From NCBI GenBank assembly GCA_023213395.1, contig CM041465.1, positions 180,241,741-180,305,740 of the forward strand: DNA of 64,000 bases, read 5' to 3'. This document shows, piece after piece, positions 1-13,676 of this stretch. Numbering within the stretch: position 1 is the first letter of the stretch; every line of letters begins with the position of its first letter. The notes beneath the pieces were generated by a model that worked only from the letters and a program-made list of their open reading frames with translations, had not been told where the DNA came from and did not search any database. This DNA comes from Cycas panzhihuaensis (Eukaryota; Plantae; Cycadophyta). The translations under genes and the position numbers were made by a program.

Positions 1-75
1 GGGATTTGAATTATGTGAAAGTTATATAGTGAAAGTTACATTTGGCGCTTAATTTTAATTAACACTTAGAACATA

Positions 76-283
76 TAGGGTGATCGGGTTTGTGACCCTA
101 GTTAACAGGGTTCGAGAATCTAGTTTTGATGTGAACTGGTGCAAACGTTCAATTTTGAGTTTGGTCAAACCCCAAATTACATCATTTTTCGCCTATTTCT
201 AACCATTTTAGGACTATTTCTAGGTCATTTATGGTTACTTTTAAGATATTTCAAGGTTGTTTTAAGTTGTTTTGGGTAGTTTT

Positions 284-330
<47 letters not shown>

Positions 331-577
331 ACATATATCTTACTACTATTGTATACATATATACACAAAATTACTTCTATTTTTATTTATAGAGATGTTT
401 AATATATTATTGTGTATGTGTTTAATGACTATTCATAATGTTTATGAGTTTTTTTCTTTTAATTAAAAATAAATAAATAAAATAAATCCAAACCTAAACT
501 TGTGAATCCAATTTTCAAAGGAAGGAACCAGATTTTTTAGAACTCAAAACTTGCAAACCCCAAACCCAACAACCTTG
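76..577. mobile_element. Degenerate MITE-like (hAT-style) element with internal (CT)n; second copy 40227-40724
   Basis: Left end TAGGGT(G/T)AT(C/T)G(G/A)GTTT versus right end AAACCCAACAACCTTG forms an imperfect TIR. Subterminal GGTTC/GAACC-like words are present. No clean TSD. Confidence 0.4.
287..326. repeat. (CT)n microsatellite (shorter in copy 2, ~40446-40474)
   Basis: Direct reading. Confidence 0.95.
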
Positions 578-2104
578 GGAAAAAGATTTTTCATTACATA
601 CTCAACAACATAAATGTACTTGATTAATTGTCTTTAAGTTTTCAGTTTACTTCCACTATATAAAAAACACTTGATTTACATAAAATGTGATAAAATTATA
701 GCAGGCTTAGTAAATTTATGAAAAGTTAATAAATCTTTCCCTTGATTTGAAAGCATTAATAATCAATGCTAGTAGATTGGATCCAACCTAAGATCAAGAT
801 TAGTAATCTATGTTGTAGAATGCACATAGATGTGTATATAACAAGTCTTAATATAAGCAAAATTATTTATTATAATTATTTGATAGTCAGAGCTAGATAG
901 CATTTATCATCCTGATAATCTATCCCATGGTAAATTACTCAATGATATTCAAGGACATTTTATGAACATGCGACTTTAATGATGTTCTAAAGAAGATATT
1001 TTGGCTACTAATTTGTATACAATTGTGTAAGTAACTCAACAAATAATTCAAGAGATCATAAGATGATGGTAATCAGGAAGCCATATAATTGGTTGCTTAT
1101 AAATTATATTTTCTTTATATTTTGTTACTATAATTTGAATAAGAGATGTTGGCTAAGAGTTGTCATTACTTTGGAATAAAGTAAAGTGTCACAGCTCTCA
1201 TCATAAAGGTTGTTATAATACCATAATGTCACCACCCTCTTGCTTTACATGAGGACCCTAACACAACAATATGACAATAATCTCCAAGTATCACCATCCT
1301 CTTGTTTTACATGAAGGAAGCTCTAATACAACAATGTAATAACGCTCTCCAAGAGCACTTAAGCTTAAAAGACATATGCAATAAAATTATAGGATCAACA
1401 AGCAACATAATAGGCCAATAATCTACATAATTATTAATATACATGTGCATTCTATATGATGCCATTATGCAATGGAACATGCTTACAATACTAATATAAA
1501 TATTTAGACATGCAACAACATCACAATATGCAATATCTCATAAAATAAATGACTATTCAAAAATTAGATTAACATCACTTAGTTTTATAAAAGTATCCAC
1601 ATAAATTCAAAGCGCGAGAACCTTTTTTTTTTTGAGAAAAAACTAGATAGCTCAAAGATATTCACCACCTAGCCAACTAGAAACCTATCACAAAAAATTG
1701 ATACCAAACTAAGACATGTGACATGAATACAAGAGTACTATTTTTTGAATACAAGCTTTTACAACTCCTTCCTAAACCGCTAGAGTAATAGAATAATAGC
1801 TTAATGGTCATTGTGACAATAATAAATAACCCAAACTAATTATGTGGCTCAGTAATAACAACTCTATGATTAAATATTACACCTCACATATATGTAACAT
1901 AAAACATCCATATACATGAGGCTATCTACAATGGAGCCAATACCATCTTGTGGCACCTTACCATATCAATATATTAAGCCCAACCAATGATTTTACATTA
2001 TAAATTGCATCACACCATGACAAAACTATGTCCAAAAATAAGTTGTGGTAGTTATAACTCCCTTAGCATCACATTAAGACCTTTAGCATCATACCAAAAT
2101 TAAA

Positions 2105-3352
2105 ACATCACACTCACATATACCTTGTGACACTTCACTATACAACTACCCAAACATCACAATAAGGCACTATAGTATCATACCAAAGTTAAACAATCAC
2201 ACCCATAAGACAATAAAAATCACCATATAAAGTATCATACTATAATAGTAGTCTCATACACTACCACAATAAAAAACATTATGGAATGCTAGTAATCAAA
2301 TTATAAAAGGGACTTTGGAGAATAAGCAGTATTATTCAGAAATCCAAAGATAAGAAGACTACCCTATATGCAAGGGTATTCGCATCATATATGTGTTGCT
2401 AAAAGATCCCAAAATCTAGAAATATGGAATGTTGAAAATCCAAAAGCTAAAATGGCAAGAAACTTAAAGGTGGTGAAAAATAAAAGATACTCAAATTATA
2501 CACCCCTCTTAATTATAGTACAAGTTAATTGCCTCATGAGATTAGCTACCTTTTTCCACAACTGCCTTTAATTAATGTAATTTAGAAGGGAATTAGAATA
2601 AATCCTTGATTCTAATCATGCTCTAAAAAGGATTAAACATATATATATATATATACAAATGTGGATTCAATTTTCTCCACCAACCCTCATTAATAGCCAA
2701 TCAACTTATTATAAGGAAATTAAATACTAGTCAAAACTTGAAATCTTGCCCCCTAAAATTAGGACATCACACTCACATATATGCTATAACATGTCACTTC
2801 ATAACTCCCTAGTGATCACACCAAGGTGTTATAATATTACACCAAAGTTAAGCAATCACACTTACAACACAATTAAAATCACCACATAAAGTATCATACT
2901 ATAATAGTAGTTTCATATATTACCACAATAGAATCATCGTAAGATGGTAGTGATTAAATTACAAAAAGAGCCTTTGTGGAATAAGGAGTGCTCTTTCTAA
3001 ATCTAAAGATAAGAAGAAAACCAAAAGCTAAAAAGATAGAATGTTAGAAAACCAAAAGCTAAATTGCTAATAAAGTCAAAGGTGGTAAAAAAATACTCAA
3101 TTTATGTACTCCTCTTAATTTCTAATGAAAACTAATTACCTAATGTGATTAGCTACCTTTTGTAATAACCACCTTTGATTAATGCAACTTAGAAGGGAAT
3201 TAAAATAAATCCCTAATTCCAATTATGCTTTAGAAAAGATTAAACACATATGTAAGCGTGGGTTCAATATACTCCGCTAACCCTCGTTAATAAATAGGTT
3301 GACTCGTTAAAAAGGAATTAGACACGAGTTAAAACTTAAAACCTCTACCCTT
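2105..3352 (+). repeat. Two diverged ~600-660 bp tandem units (also ~42178-43392)
   Basis: ACATCACACTCACATATA recurs at ~2105 and ~2765, AAAGTATCATACTATAATAGTAGT at ~2228 and ~2888, and TTAGCTACCTTTT in both units. Confidence 0.85.
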
Positions 3353-3892
3353 AAAAATTCCTCCTTTGTTCATCTTATGTGTCCCCTTCATAGTTGATTA
3401 TTAATGGGCTTCTTATTGACATCATTTACAATGTGTTTGATCACTCGTCCCCTCAGGATAATCATATATACATAGGCTTTATACCTCTAGTGTTATGAAA
3501 TATTACACTTCAAATATTAAAATGTATAGAAATACATCCTTCACACCTAATAAGCTATTTCAATATTGAAGAAATTTCTTAAAGATCATACTATAGAGTA
3601 TAATGTTGTAATAAATGCCCCTTAATGTTATGAAAGGGGATGATTTCATTATATCGTAAGATTAAATGCATGAAACCAAGATGTACAATAAAAAATACAA
3701 CAAGTATGTATACCAAGTAGAATGTTACATAAAAGCTAAACCTAAAAGAAATGTTTGGTAATTACGACATCATTGTGTGTAAGTTATCAAATATGTTAGA
3801 AGAATTAGTAGTGCTAGACATAAAACAATGGTTGAATGGTTAGTGACTGTGTTAAACAAACTTATAAGTATTGTTCATTAATAATCAAATAA

Positions 3893-3925
3893 CTAGTAAC
3901 CCATTCGAATGTTCTACGAATGAAC
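3893..3925 (-). mobile_element. Putative Helitron 3' terminus (hairpin + CTAG|T); also 43934-43966
   Basis: Minus strand reads TTCATTCG-TAGAACATT-CGAATGGG-TTA-CTAG|T, a stem-loop just upstream of CTAG followed by T. The 5' TC end was not located. Confidence 0.4.
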
Positions 3926-4059
3926 GAATCTTCTTTTTAGAAACGAAAAAGAATCCGACAATTTTAAAGTTAAATGTAATATAAATTATCATGAACTTTG
4001 TGCGTTGTATCCGAATTCACAAGCCAACTTCAATAATTCAATAATAAAAGGTTGGAGAC

Positions 4060-6160
4060 AACGCGGCTGATGCGTGAGTCTCCCAAGTGGGAAAGGAACG
4101 TGGATTATGGATTAGGGCCTCCCCCAACGTATTCATCTTGTTTTTTGGGCTCGTTAAAGGGACATCTTAACAGAACATGTGCATGGATGCCTTGATAGCA
4201 CATTGGACAGATGTCAAATCCAAGGTCTCCTATTTAGTGGCCCATAGCTGGCACTTTAAATAGTGAGCCCCAATTTCAGCATTCATGCCCATTCTAACCA
4301 AAGTTCTGCCAATTTATTGAAGGCGGGGATTATCACCAGTGCAAATATTCAAATTCAGTGCGAGCACAGAGAAAACCAAAACGTGCACATGGAAGGCCTG
4401 GTGACCGTTTCCCAAAAACGTAGAAGCTCTGCGGCAGCCCCTGGATGACGGCGTTTAATTCGGATGTGGAACAGGGAGATTCGACACTCACACAATGAAT
4501 CGCCTGTACCCAACGTTCGGGGTTCCTTTCGAAACAGCTGGGAAGCGCGGCAGCTCTCCGATTGGAGCATTTAATTCGAATGTGGGCCCCGCAGGTGCCA
4601 CGGTAGGCCATGCCATGGTCTATTATTGGGGGAGTCCGACTCCATTTGAGGTCCACCGCAAGTGTCCGCCACGTCATCACACCCGTGGCGAACAGAGGTA
4701 CTCCGCCAAATGCATTACGATACAAAGTCCGTATCCACGTTGGTCCTTGCCGGATGACGTGGTTCCGACAGGAGCGAATGCGTGAAGAAACGGTGAAGGA
4801 CCCGGCAGAGGTACAACCCAGCAGAGCAACTCGCCCGTATCTTCTTAAAGCGGCAAAGTCTGCACGGTGCGCCTCTGGGTACAAGACCACTCCGTCCGGT
4901 CACCAGAAACTGAGATTAGCCTCATTTTAAGGGTGCGGTTCCATGGAGAGGCTGGGGTTCTTAATTTTTTGGAAATTGTGGTTCCCTGCGTTGCACAGGA
5001 ACTTGTCGACCGGAGAAAATAAAATTTTATCCGAGATTCACAGAGCGGAATCATTTACCTTATGACTGTTTCAGCGATTTAAGGGGGACTGAATTCAGTG
5101 AAAAGCGCTAAGGCGAGTGCATGTATAGGTGGCAAATATCTGATTTTCCCTTTCAGCGCCCCAAAAATCGCAGCATTACCGAAAACCCCGTTCCATGGGA
5201 CTCCGACCCAAGTCTGCTAAAACTCCCGCTAATGTGACCAGCATTGAATGACAAATATGGGACGGCGAAAGATTTATGGTGCAGTGTGTTGATGCATTTT
5301 AGAGTTCATAAGACTGTAACTTTTGCTTTCAAAAAACTTTCTTGTCGAATTCTTTAAGCAGCCGGTCTGAGTGTGCAACGAAAACAGTTTGTTACGGCAG
5401 GCAATAATTTTGCACGAGGCGTCACATGCAAAGAAAGCAAATCAAGTTAAGGACAATACGCAGCAGTTGTATGCAACTTGATTTACCCAACGTACTGTAA
5501 AATTATTCGGGAAACCAGGGGTTTACTGCTTTTTCCTAGATTATTGTAATGTATTTCGATATCCTGCTGCTTTTCCTAAAAATAGTCCATCCCTTTGTTT
5601 ATTTATTGTATGTACTCCAACGAAAATCCTTCCGAATATAATTTTCTGAGACAACAAAGCAACAAACTTGTGGAAACTTGTGGTGTTTGGAGTAAAATAT
5701 TCTGAATGAGATTTTAACAGGAAAACATTACGCACAGTTTGTGGCAAGGAATTTGAGCTTTATGACAAGGAAATGCAGGCAAAATCAAATTTAAACAATA
5801 TGCAGTTAGTTGCCTGTCTGCAAATGTACATTGTTGACGCTACAAATCCAAAACAATATTTCAGAGGAAATGATTGAAGTACACATCATTTATTGATGAA
5901 GACGGCAATAGCTATGTATGTAAGCAAGCCCATTCCTTCCTTCCGTTGGGCATGTTTCATTCAAGGGCATTCTATAAAACCACTCTATTGGAGGCGCAAA
6001 TGCAAACAAACTAACCTTACCTTTGCAGGCTGCACACATTTTTATGGAGCGAACTACACCATCGAATCCTGTTTGAACACTAAGGCATTATACAAATACA
6101 AGAACTTCTCAGCATACAACAACCTCAATCGTACCCATAAAAGAAACTTCCGAGTTAGAC
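4060..6160. promoter_or_regulatory. CpG-retaining, GC-elevated non-coding island with bZIP/G-box-type ACGT motifs, copy 1
   Basis: Abundant CG dinucleotides against CG-depleted flanks. Motifs: CCACGTCAT 4669-4677 and its inverse ATGACGTGG 4754-4762, CCACGTTGG 4735-4743, ACGTGG 4098-4103, AAATATCT ~5134, TATA-like TTTAAATA ~4255. Confidence 0.55.
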
Positions 6161-7979
6161 TAAGGGTTATGATTGTATATATCTCCTCCCTACAGTTTAT
6201 ATTTATTTTTATATATTTATAATGTTATTCATTATACGTTTATCAATTTTAAAGCATATAATGGGATGAATCAATAAAACAAACCATTGAAATATAATTC
6301 AAAGTTTTACAAATCATTAGACATGATCCCATAACCCTTCCAATTTTACCTTAATGACCATGTAATATGTGTCAAAATCATAAGTTCCACATTCACTCTA
6401 GCATCATAGCATTTCTTAGCCATGAGAATCAATAATAGTATAATAATAAATAAATGTAAATTATATAAACAAAATCAAAACAGGCCACATAAATCACACT
6501 TCCTAGAATTGCATCACATGAAGTTCCAAACTAAATGGGTTTCATCATAAACTCATGTCTTATTTGAGAATGCTACTTTTCCACCATAACCAAAAAGGTT
6601 CGCAAAGTAGGTTCAAATTAATGATTAAATTTTGTAATGAAATTATTAAAGAATATTTGTATTATTAGAGGTATTTTATAAAACATTGTATCATTTTTAT
6701 TAAAGAAAGTTATTATTATTATTATAGTTATCTGGCTTATTGTATATACAAAAAAAATATTTAAATTTATTTTATTATTTATCTTACATGTTTATATGTA
6801 TGGGACACCTTTTGACATAATGCATAACATTTTTAACACTTATCACATAAATTACTCGTTTACTAAAATACAACTAGCATGGCAATTTTTATATAGGCAT
6901 GAATTGCATTATATTTTCATATAAATATGATTTATAATATATCTTTCATATTGACATACCATTCATAGCATTTATATATAAGTATGAATTACACCATTTT
7001 CTTTAATATGATTATAATTGACATCAAATATTTTTTATATGAAATGAATTACATTATACTTTTTATATGGAAATGACTTGCATTATATTATACTTATATT
7101 TAGCATTTCTATATTCATGATAATATTCATTTTTACAAATAACAAATATTATTAAATCTAGTAATTATGGATTCACTCAAATTCATCCTCATCTAATAAG
7201 AAGAAAGGTTTAGAATCTTAGAAAATGTCTTTGTCCAAAGACCTATAGATAACCATGCATCTAAAAGTTAAGAATCAAATGAGGTGGAAAATTTTAAGAT
7301 GTAAGAAGTGTATGTGTGTGATATTAATGAAATATCTGATGGTTGTTTTTGTGATAAGGACGATGACTGCAACATTAATAATGGTATAGATCATAAATAA
7401 GAACTAAAAGGGCTTAGAATGCAAACAAAAGAAGGTAATAACTTAAATAAGAATCCATAAATTAAGCCACAAGGACACCATTATCTATCATTATATCTCA
7501 TATAGCTAAGTTGTCAACAACCTTATTATTATATAATTTGAAGACAATATAACTACTTAGGTAATGCCATTTCAATTTTATTTAAGCAAATGTTGAAAAA
7601 TATTAAAATGCATTTTTTCATATAATATTTTTAAAATTTATATATCCATATAATATATTTATTTATTAGGTAGTTATATTTTATGTTTATGTGGTTTTAG
7701 ATTATTAAAATATAAATTATTACTGCATGACAATGAACTACTCTCTCCACATAGAGGACCACACAAATTATTGACTGATATAGTAATTAAATACAATGTC
7801 TACCATGCTTATAACAATGATTGTATTTTATATAATGGAGGGTATAAAGGCAATAAAACTTCATATGTGTGGTTATCAATTAAATATTTAAGGGAGCAGA
7901 GCATGTTAAAAAATCTTATACCATATCCTCATAATTATTAGATTATGTCTGCTTTAATGTATGTTATCAACATAATATA

Positions 7980-8725
7980 TAAATTAGCATCAAAATTATA
8001 AGAGCACAAATGATAGTGTTTGGCATACTCTTGTCAATTATGAATCAATAAGGAGATATAGATCCTAGAGTACCTATGGGAATTTCTGATGAAATCATAT
8101 TTCAAACTATGATAGATAGAGAAGCAGGTGTTAATATTCTTGAAAATATTTGGCGAACAATAGACAATCCTACTATAAATGATCTAAATTATTCAATAAA
8201 ATTAGTATATCAACATCATATACACCCAATGGGAACCTTGCAAGCAATACCATTAGTTATCATTGATGTAGAAGTTTTGTAAGATTTTACAGTAGTAAAG
8301 ATGTAAAACCATAATAGGGCCTACCCAACACTCCTCATATTACTATTGCTATTGGTAATAAAATCATTACAAGATTGGGATCATGGAAGCAAATGAGTTA
8401 CATTGCCATTCATAACAAAGGGTCCAAAGATTAAGAAAGTAATAGATAAGGAGGCTTCTTCTGAAACTACAATAAGTAGTTATCTTATAGTAAGTCTATA
8501 CATTGAAATTGCTAATCAGATAGAAAAAATGAAAGGTATAGTTGAGGACGAACAATATGAAGCTAATGCCTAAGTACAATTAAAATTGAACGATGATATA
8601 AACTCTATTAGTTATCTTTTGTATTGGTTATAAGATGCTTATGAGGTAACAAAAGAAAAAACCAATTAAAAAATAAATTTAATTTTTATGAATGAAAAAA
8701 TTGAATATTTACAAGATGAAGATAA
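7980..8725 (+). pseudogene. Ty3/Gypsy gag-protease remnant, copy 1 (resumes 23910-24666; RT/INT part absent)
   Basis: MIDREAGVNIL in ORF 8076-8282 matches a decayed aspartic protease D-x-G motif. Collinear with the Gypsy at 48.4-49.9 kb. Confidence 0.75.
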
Positions 8726-9051
8726 TGTCAAATTCATCAATAGGATCTAATAGCAATGTGCATTCAAATATAACTCAGAAAAACAAAGACTAAATACAAA
8801 ACAAGATAGCAAATTACTGTAAAATTACGCTATAAGTAAATTGATTACACCGTGTGTCTAAATATTGGCAAAGCTTTCACATATAAAAACTTTCAATGTA
8901 TAAATGAATATGTTCATGCTTAATTTATAAGCATACAACATCCAAATACAAATGATATAATTGGTCAACTTAGTAACAAAGGAGGTAGAGTCGACCAAAC
9001 TATAGATTACATTTAAATTTATAAAGGGGGGTCACACCTTATAATACACAA

Positions 9052-9152
<101 letters not shown>

Positions 9153-9206
9153 TATGTAAAATATAATACAATGAAGGGTTATTATATATTTTAACACCCT
9201 CCCTTA

Positions 9207-12200
9207 ATGACAGCTTCATTAGATTTGATGTTGAGGTCATGCCAAAACCTTTCAAACTTCGGTTTGCCAAAATCTTTAGTGAAGATATCTACAACTTGGT
9301 CCTTAGTTAGTCGGTAGATAAGGTCAACTTCTACTGTTTTAAACATGCTAATAGATGAAGTGATGGTAGACCTCTATGTGCTTGGTTCGAGTATAGAAAA
9401 TAAGATTCTTTGTTATCTTCAACACACTTTGGTTATCACAATAAAGAATAGTAGCCGAAATCTATTGAAGTCAAACCTCAACAAGAATCTTTTTAAGCTA
9501 AATCAACTTTGTGGTGGCATGGACAACTACTTTATATTCGATTTCATTGGAAGAGAGAACAACATTTGGCTATTTCTTACAACTCCAAGTGATTACAATA
9601 AGCCCATGTCAAACTAGTATCCACGATATTGAATGGCATGTGTCTTAGCAACCTACCTAATCAACATTTATGTATCCTTTTAGAATAGGAGACTCACTTT
9701 GGTTATAGTCAAGTCCAGGCTTATGTGTGCCATAGATGTACTTGAGGATTCTAGTGGTGACCTTCCAATGGGATAATTTAGGTTGCAACATGTACTTGAA
9801 ATAGATCCTAATTGTATAAGAGATGTCTAGCAAGTATGAGTGAGGTAGATAAGGCTCCTAACCAACTATCAGTATAATGTAGAATCAAAGGGCTTTCCTT
9901 GTTCATCCAAGTTGAGCTTGGCTTTTATTTTTATTAGAGTCGGTATAGGCTTGCAGTTAGTCATTCTAAACCACTATAAGAGTTACTTATATTATGATAG
10001 AAATATGTGTTCTAGTTCTTGCCACACTTTAATACTAAGGAAATAGTGAAATAACCCAAGATTTGTCATCTCAAAGCTGCTTTTGAGTTCTAATTATGAC
10101 CAAGCTATACCTTCATTGCCATTACCGGTGATTGTTATGTCATCCATATAGAGAACAATGATTGTGATCAAGTTGCCTCTAATTCAAATATATAGATCTG
10201 ATTTAGAGGGTGAATGAGTGAATCCATACTTTGTAGAAAAGGCATCAATATTTATATACCGAGCACGTGGTGCTTATTTTAATCTATATAAGGCTTTTTG
10301 AGTTCTGGACTAGGTGTTCTTTACTAGGAATATCATAGCCTGGAGATTATTTCAAGAAAACCTCTTGTATAAGCTCTCTATTTAATAAAGCACTCTTCAC
10401 ATCTATTTGGTGCACATGGTAATTGAATTGAGTCATAAGAAATATAACCAAATAGAATATAGTCATATTAGCTACTAGTGTAAAGGTATCGTCATAGTCA
10501 ATCCTCTCTTACTACTTGAAACCTCTTGCAACTAAACGAGGTTTATGATGCTTAATGGTACCATCAATATGGAATTTGGTCTTATAAAGTCATCGACAAT
10601 CGGTTAGCTTATTTCTAGGTGGCGGTTCTATTAGCTCCCATGAGTCATTCTTAAGGATAGAGTTCATCTATTCATCCATTGTATCTTTTCATGTTTGGTC
10701 TTTAACTACCTCCTCAAATATAGAAGGCTCAGAGGTCTTAAGGATACATCCCATTAAGGTATAATTGGTGGAGTATCACATTCTAGACTCTCTTTTAGGA
10801 GTTGTGAGAGGATAAGGAGCATCCTTTAGTAATTATTATAAGCACTTAGGAGGTGGTTAAAAACTGGTGGCTTCCTCCTAAAGATCATCAACTAACATAG
10901 GTGGCATTGATGTGCTAGAATCGATGTGGATGTTGAGGTTGTTGGAACCGAAGATGAACCTAGTGTGTAAGATGATGTGGGTGTTGGTGGCTCATGAATT
11001 AGTACAAGAGGCAGTTTAGGTGTCTTGACTTCATCTTTTCTACAAACTAAATTTGAGTGGGATTTGAGTCTTAAGAATCTTTAATAAATATTACATCCCA
11101 AGTAGTGTACTCCTAGTTCCAATAGTATCATATACTTTGTATACTTTCTAACCATATACATAGCCAAGAAAAATATATTTAAGGCTTTTATCATCCGGTT
11201 TCTTCCTATTCTCCTTGGGGATGAATTTATAAAGGTCAGGCATCCAAATGTCCTTAGATGAGAAACTATTGGTTTAATGCATGACCAAGGCTCCTCGTGG
11301 GTGATGTTTTTAAGCTACTCTGTGGCGCTTATATTAGCCGGATAAATAACTTGATATGGCTTCACCGAAAGCATGGTAGTAAGGTTAATTACACTTAACA
11401 TGGCTTTTGCCTTATTCACCAAAATTTGGTTCATCCTCTCTTCTACAACATTTTATTGATGTGTATGAGGGTCGAGAATTGGCATTTAATGCCACATTGT
11501 TTGTAAAAGTTGGTGAATTAGTTAGATATATACTCTCCTCCATTATTAAATCTTAGTGCCTTGATGTTCATGCTACTTTCATTTTCTACATTAGCCTTAA
11601 ATTCTTCAAATTTGTCAAAGGCTTGGAACTTGTTCCTAAGGAAGTATAGTCAAACTTTCTGGAATAGTCATCTATAAATGTCATGAAAAACATATTTTCA
11701 TTAAGTGAAGGAATTGATATAGGCTAATAAATGTTTGAGTGGACAAAACCTAATCATTTTGAGGCTCTCCATCCTTTATTTGATAGGAATCATTATCTAT
11801 GTTACTTGCCCTTGACCTCACAAATGCATATATTTCTCTTGATGAATAGAAGTTTATACACCACATCTAGCCTAAACATGAGATTTATGCTTTATATATT
11901 CAAGTAACCAATGTATTAATTCCATAGTTAGTCCTTAGTATTGTTGGAGGTGGTTTTTCTTCAAAGTATGAGCATTCACCTTAATCTTGGTCAAGGGGTG
12001 GGTCTTCAACCATGATTACTTTTCCTTCTCAAGGTGATTGTTATGTGCCATAGAATAGGATTCTTATGGTGGAATAATGGAGAGGAACCACATCAAGTTT
12101 GTATAGGCCACTATCCTTATGTCCGGTTGCAATGAGTTATCTAGTAGCATGCTCTATGATTATGTAGATGCCTTGACTGAAAAGGACATCCAAGTTTTTC

Positions 12201-13676
12201 TTGTCAATTTCACTGGCAGAAAGTAAGTTCATCTTCATGTCTAGAATTAGGAAAATATTATTTATGTAGTATTAAGTTTTAGAGTCCTTTAATACAATGG
12301 GAGCCCTTCTAATTTTAGTCATATCATAGGTGAGGTTGTCTCCAAATGTAATGATTTGAGCTCAAATTAGATAAGTCTCCTCCAGCAAGTCTTTCGTGTC
12401 AGTCATGTGATGTGTGTTACCAAAATTTAATAACCAAGAATTGTCATAATGTTGAGATGATAAAGTTACAAAAATATAATTTAAGAGGAGGGTTGAGAAT
12501 TAGCCATATTGCCTCCCTGTTGTATATTTTGGTTGTTCCTTTTGTTTCTTAGTTAGAACCTTTACTGTTTGGTTAGTGCTAATTCTAGTTTTACCTCAAA
12601 TTCCAATTATGTTGGAAGTATTGACCCGATTGTTAAAAGTTGGTCCTCTTTATTCGTAGTAAGGGCCTTTTTGTTAAACGTTAGGGCCACCTTCTTGAAA
12701 GTCGGGCCCACATGGTTGTCCCCTTGGTTTTGAAACATCTAAAATTATCTTGTCTTCTCCTAAAATCAACCTCAAGGTGCCCATTTTTCTATAATATATG
12801 CAGTGACATTTTTTATCTTATTAGTTTCTTAGTGGTTGAGATTGATGTGGTTATTATGGTTGTCAAGGTTGTTGAGATAGTTAAAAGAAGTGCTAACTGT
12901 TGAGATTATGGTTGTTAGTGTGTTGGCTATTGACTTAGCTTATGTGAGATATCCAAAGAGTCAAATTGATGAGAAAGGGTTTACTAATAACTCGATTCTT
13001 GAGTTGTCTATTGACGTGGCTCATTCCTTTCGAGTTCCCGACTACAAATTTAGGGCCATAGTCGAGGTAGATGCCACTCCTTACCAATTGATAATATTCT
13101 CCTCCCTAGCAAGAGTCCTACAAAAATATTGAAATCTATTTTGGTAAAGTTATCGTAGAGTCTAAATATAAAGCTATTATATTTTATAGGAAGGATGTTG
13201 AGGATGTTAGACATAAGGTCATGATCATAGGGAGGTTCACCAAGGATAATAAGTTAATTTCTTATTGTTTTAATCTTAGTTAGGTGGGCTATAATGGTTC
13301 AAGTAAAGGGTGTATCAAAGAGACATGCCTTTAATATTAGAGACCTAGAGTCATCCTTTCTCTTATAAAGGACACAAATTATACTCCAAACTTTATGAGA
13401 GATGTGGGATGTTTTAACATTTTGTCCATGGTATTCTACAACCAAGTAGAGGAATGAGAAAGTAAGATTGTCCTTAGTTTTAAAATTGGCTAAGACAACT
13501 AGATCTAGGTGAATTTCAATGGTGGGATCATTTAGATCCTTAGTAAGTTTGGGTAGAGGTATATCAATATTGACATAAGCTTAATAATCATTCATAATAA
13601 GAAGATTTTTAACTTATTTCTCCTAAGCTAAAAAGTTAATTATACCACTAAGTTTAATGGTGTTAGATAAAAACAT
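9207..13676 (-). pseudogene. Copia A gag-pol pseudogene (gag-PR-INT-RT-RH)
   Basis: Minus-strand start MFLSNTIKLSGIINF at 13676. Integrase-type FIDDYSR ~11.67 kb, RT QIDVKSAL ~10.4 kb, RNase H tail QVVDIFTK ~9.28 kb. Many stops and frameshifts. Confidence 0.88.

Larger units (their letters stand above)
1..8725 (+). repeat. Segmental duplication, copy 1 (continues at 23910-24666 after the Copia insertion); partner 40166-49942
   Basis: Collinear from GGGATTTGAATTATGTGAAAGTTA (1 / 40166) to TTGCTTTGGTTTCAAACTTATAAAA (~24666 / ~49942). Long perfect blocks on the left, about 85% identity on the right. Confidence 0.97.

Noticed and set aside
4040-4095. TCCCACTTGG on the minus strand as an snRNA/telomerase-RNA USE promoter
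   Set aside because: Imperfect USE, no convincing TATA at the right spacing, and no recognisable snRNA or template downstream.
4388-4410. ATGGAAGGCCTGGTGACCG resembling a miR165/166 site or target mimic
   Set aside because: Needs two bulges, one in the seed-pairing region, and no precursor hairpin is seen; likely chance.
4333-4930. Overlapping 96-185 aa ORFs in the island, also open in copy 2 (44767-45346)
   Set aside because: No recognisable domain, and the longest starts at GTG. Differences between copies are mostly amino-acid changing and include a local frameshift (16+2 nt indels). Several frames are open simply because GC is high. Not excluded without Ribo-seq.
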